This document shows, piece by piece, positions 59,711 to 64,000 of a stretch of 64,000 nt of DNA. Made by a program: the position numbers and the translations under genes. The stretch's first letter is position 1. Every line of letters starts with the position of its first letter. Location of the stretch: the NCBI RefSeq assembly GCF_000143415.4, contig NW_003314261.1, positions 4,084,880 through 4,148,879 on the forward strand, given 5' to 3'. The notes below the pieces were generated by a model. The model saw only the letters and a program-made list of their open reading frames with translations, did no database searches and had not been told where the DNA came from. The stretch is from Selaginella moellendorffii. Lineage: Eukaryota; Plantae; Lycopodiophyta.

Positions 59711-62700
59711 TCACTCGAGCTTGAGATTGTAGCAGAGGTGGCCAAGCTCCGGGCGGGAGTGCATCCACGCGGCAAACGAGGAATTGGGAGTTCTACTCGT
59801 CAGAAACGAGCGGAATGCTATGAGAAACGCGTATCTCCTGCGAGAGCACACTATAGTGTTAGCAAAAAGGGGATAGCATTCCCAAAAGTTACCTCAAAGC
59901 TTTGACACCCATGTCTTGAATGTAAGCTCGGTGCTCCTCGTCCTCTTGCTGGCAGCATTCGAGCTGCTGCTTGTAATAGAGGATGTCATCTCTCAGATTT
60001 CCAGCTTCAGAGCATCTATCACAACACCAACAGTGAGACGGGAAAAGAAAGAAGTAAACTAAACTTACCTGTCGATGATGGTATCCACTTCGGCTTTGCA
60101 AAAAGGTCCGCTTGGCAGGACTCTCACCAAGCTGAGTATGTCTCTGTAGTCCCCTTGCTTGAAAGCGCTTATATCATCGGCAGGCCTTTGTATGGGTCCA
60201 TACACACAAGATGGAACCCCCGAGGAAGAAGCTGCCAAGCTAGCTTCGGCTTCGGCTTGCAGCCCCATGCAAGTGATTGCCATCGCATACGCGACACCTC
60301 CGTATCCCGTGTGAGAAATATATACATATTCGCTGCCAGATCTAGAAATAACAATCAGAAGTTAGATGACAAAGAAAGAAACATAAAAATGGAGCTCACC
60401 CGTTTAGTCTGTCCTGGATGGCATCCACATCCATTGCCAGAGCGGCCCTCTCCCTCGTCAGTGGGATTCTTTTGTAGTCGATTTTGTAGCCTTCGGCCGC
60501 AAGACCAGTATAAACCTCGGCAGGAGTTTTAACATCGTCAGACGTCAGAACTTCCCAGTACCCGATAACGTCAGACTTGTTTGTCAGTGGATTACACTCT
60601 TCTCGGTGTAAGACCACGCGGCCACCAGAGCGTTTCATCTCGGCGAGGATATCTTCCTTCAACCTGTACTCCATTTGCTCAACCTGTCAAGGGCGTAAAA
60701 AGGTTGTCAGCGACCGTAGAAAGCAAAAGAAATCACTTCCAAAACCAAGAGCAACTTATTGATCGAGATTAGTATGTGAGGAAACAATGAGAAGTGAAAC
60801 ACCTACCGCAGAACCTTTTATTCCAACGTGCTTTAAAGTGCTTACAGGTTGGTCAAGCTCCCGTAAAACAAATGGATTACCGTGAATATAAACCACAGCC
60901 TCCTCTCTCAAGTCGGTCACAACAGCGTGCTTTCCTTGATCAACGGCTGTGTTGAGACAAGCAAACGCTGCTTTGGCGCCTTGAGCAGTGGGTGTGGCCA
61001 TGCTATATACTGGAAAGCCATCTATCTGTATAAAGCGTTAGAAGTGCTATGAAGAACTTCTATAGAATACGGACCTTACGCATATGAGGTACTCCAGGGA
61101 TGTCAAAGCAGCTTGCCGCGCTCTGACCTGGGAAATGGTACATTTTGAGAATAGCCCGTTTCCCCAGAACCGAACCATTCCGGGACTTGACTATCGCTTC
61201 TAAAATCTCATCGCCCTCGCAATTCTCAGCCAATGCCCGAAATTCCACCTCCTGGATAAAACAGATTAGACGAAGAAAGGAAAAAGTAAAAAACAAAAAA
61301 AACTCACAGGAACAGCGAAAAAACGAGCCGGCCTCAACCGCATACTCCACTTCATCTGTTTGATTTCTGGTCGCTTGTTTAGCCATACCTTGAACGGCAA
61401 ACGCTGGGTTTCACTGAACGCTTCACTACCGAGGTAAGAAGCAAACGCGATCATCATGCAGTACCGCTCCAGATACTCAACTCCACGATTTAGAGCTGCT
61501 CTTCGGCCAGGAGACTCCAGATTTTGTTGATTGAAGCTCTTACGGTACTGTAAAATAGCCTGACGGAGATTCTGTAGTGCTGCACACCGGTCTATAACAT
61601 CATCAAGTGCCTCCCTGCATGCGACCCCGTCCTCTAGTAAGCGTGTAAGTCTTCTCACAATAGATATGTTGTCCATTACGAGTACGCTTGTCGATTTGCA
61701 CCTTTCCAACTTTGCTGGCTTGAAAGTCAGGTGCTCGTCACCGGCTTCACCGTTTTCTTCTCCGCTGCTATCTGATCCACCGTCCACAGAAGATCCAGGA
61801 AGAGCGGACGGTAAACGAAAAGGCTTGCCATAATCGCAGCGGAGTTTTACTAGACAAGCGATAACAGTGCCTGTTGTTGTGCGTCCACGTCCCATCTGCA
61901 GAGTGGAGGCACGACGTAAGCATTACAGTACCACATCAAGTGAAGCCTATTTTACCTGACAGTTGAAGACGAAGACGGTCTTTTTGGGAGCAGAAACAAT
62001 CTTAGACGTCAGTGTGTCGAAGTCTGAGCTCTTTGGAGCTTTTCCATCAGTAATTGGCATACGGGAATACTCGATAGAGTAGCCTTCGGAGACCAGCCGA
62101 GAGTAAACTTCGAATGGAGTCTGAACTCCTTCTGGAGTAACACTTTCCCAGCTGTCGAATATGAAACCGTCTTTCGATTCGTGGTTCACCATAATTGCAC
62201 CATCATAACGTTCTGCTTCCTTGAGCACGTCTTCTTTGAGTCGAGCCTCCATCTGTTCTACTCGGTCGCGATCAATTCCCTGAGACAGAGCCAAATTAAA
62301 CATATGAACACAAATACCATCGGTTAGGACTTACTGTATACTCGAGCATGTTTTTGTAAGGCCTCTCGACTTCTCGCAGAACGAATGGCTGTCCATTGAT
62401 ATATACGACTGGCTCCTCTCTCATGTTATGCCACAAGACGGGACGTCCTCCTTTTCCACCACCAACTCTTTCCAAGACCGCTTTGATGCCGCTAACAGTG
62501 GGATTGGCAACTCCGTAGACAGGAAAACCAGGAATTTCCCTGAAGTTTGGAGCTCCCTCCACACTTTCGGGCAGATGAGGATTATGACAGCCCGGATAGT
62601 GGTCACCCTTCAAAACTGTTTGTTTCCCAAGAACGTCTCCAGTTCTGCATGCCGCCACAGCTTCCATCCTGGATGGTCGGCCATTTTCAGCTGCCACAGG

Positions 62701-64000
62701 GGGTTTGTTTCTGTAGCCAAGTGCTCCCATGGGATCCCGCCGCAAGAGCCTGAAAGAAATGCTCATGAGCGAGAATGTGACTACTAAAGATACAGCAAAC
62801 CTTCTCAAGATACTGTACAATTCCGGCCTAGCCTTCATCCACTGCTGAAAGCCACCAGGCTGCGTTAAGGCAGACTGATCTGTATGTATATATACAGCAA
62901 AACAGATCAGAAAGTAGTACCGCTCCAGATACTCGACAAAGTACGAGAGAGAAGACTCCCTCTTCTTTTCATCTGCTTGCCGCAAAATGCTGTTACGATA
63001 TGTGTTGATGGCTTCACGCAAGTTCTGCCATGGTCTATTGTGAATAACAGCAACCTCGAAAGGAAAAATACATCTACCTGCATAGCCGAACACCTATCTA
63101 TAACAGTATCAACTTGTCGTTTGCCTTCGACGCCACCCTGAAAAACAGAAAGTCTTCAGAGTCAGAATAAAAACAAAGCAAAAAAACAGTATTTCTTACC
63201 TCCAAAACCCGACAAAGGCTCCTTACAACAGTGTATTCACCTTGTCTAAACCCTTCCTCGGAATCAGGAAATTCGTCAGTTGACTCCTCTGCAGAGCCAA
63301 GTACTTCCCCGAAGGACCTCGATCTACGAATTCCTGCAAAATACTGCTGCCTCGGAATTAGTAATCTCTAGAATCTTTCTAAAATTTTTGTTTCCTCACA
63401 TGATATAATCTTCCATTGTTAATGTGGACGACAAGTCAAATAGTTAACCGGATCAAAAAGACAAAAAAACGTAAAATGACACCTGCAGATCCGCTTCGCT
63501 TCAAATATACAAGAGTTGCAATGACCATTCCAGTAGTTGTACGCCCTCGACCCATTTGACAATTAAACACCAAGGCGGTGTTAATGTCCGCTTCTGCAAC
63601 ACGCTGCACCTGCTCGATCCAGAACAAAGAAGAATTTCAGCTTGTTCAAGGATAAAGCAACAAACCAGTAGATCGAAGTCCCGTTCTTTGGGAGATTTCT
63701 CATCAGTGATTGGCAACCGTTCATAATCCACGAAGTACGACTCATTGCACAAGCTGTCGTACACCTATTCCGAAAAAGAAAACAACTAAGTTGAAAGCAA
63801 ATGCAGATGAAGACCTTCAACCTCTAGAGGTGTTAGCACCGATGCGTCAGTTATTGGTTCCCACTGGTCGATCATTTGGCCGTCAGGCATTTCATCACAA
63901 ACCAGGATTTTGCAGCCAAACCTAAGGACAAAATAGCACTCACAATTTACTAAAACGAGTGAGCTAAGAAACATACCGACCAGCCTCTCGAAGAACATCC
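59711..64000 (-). CDS. Paladin-like protein (PTP-like / inositol-polyphosphate phosphatase repeats), multi-exon, 5' end outside the window
   Basis: Two VFNCQMGRGRTTTG motifs, GAPNFR, NMREEPVVYINGQPFVLRE, EYLERY, QNLREAI; third domain degenerate (SHTGYGGVAYAMAI); ends RPELGHLCYNLKLE*. Confidence 0.95.

Noticed and set aside
60270-60335. Missing catalytic Cys motif in the third paladin domain as a novelty
   Set aside because: A degenerate third domain is, as recalled, the normal state in plant paladin-like proteins.

Overview
This is eukaryotic land-plant nuclear DNA, not prokaryotic. The 50-80 nt introns, P-class PPR, extensin, GH17-X8 glucanase, plant paladin-like gene and Tcn1-type chromovirus point to a lycophyte such as Selaginella (inference). 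Small GC-rich gene islands (4.4-13.4 kb, 31.0-34.7 kb, 58.5-64 kb) alternate with AT-decayed transposon blocks. These include a full-length Ty3/gypsy element with LTRs and a TAACT target-site duplication (TSD) at 15972-24240, and a second gypsy family with animal-like pol motifs present in two copies (25.1-30.2 kb and 1.8-3.6 kb). There are also copia and gypsy remnants and five copies of a ~190 bp 5S-rRNA-containing (Cassandra-like) solo LTR. The main candidates are: (1) the second gypsy family has no tRNA primer site but has a 31-nt sequence complementary to its own predicted transcript 5' end, suggesting long-duplex self-priming; (2) the whole 34833-58137 block looks like one 23.3 kb Helitron (A|TC...hairpin-CTAG|T) with an RPA1-like pseudogene, nested retroelements and an intact, very AT-rich secreted bulb-lectin fusion gene; (3) a collapsed antisense copy of the PPR gene lies just behind the stop codon of the neighbouring gene. 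All alignments were made by eye and no database search was run.
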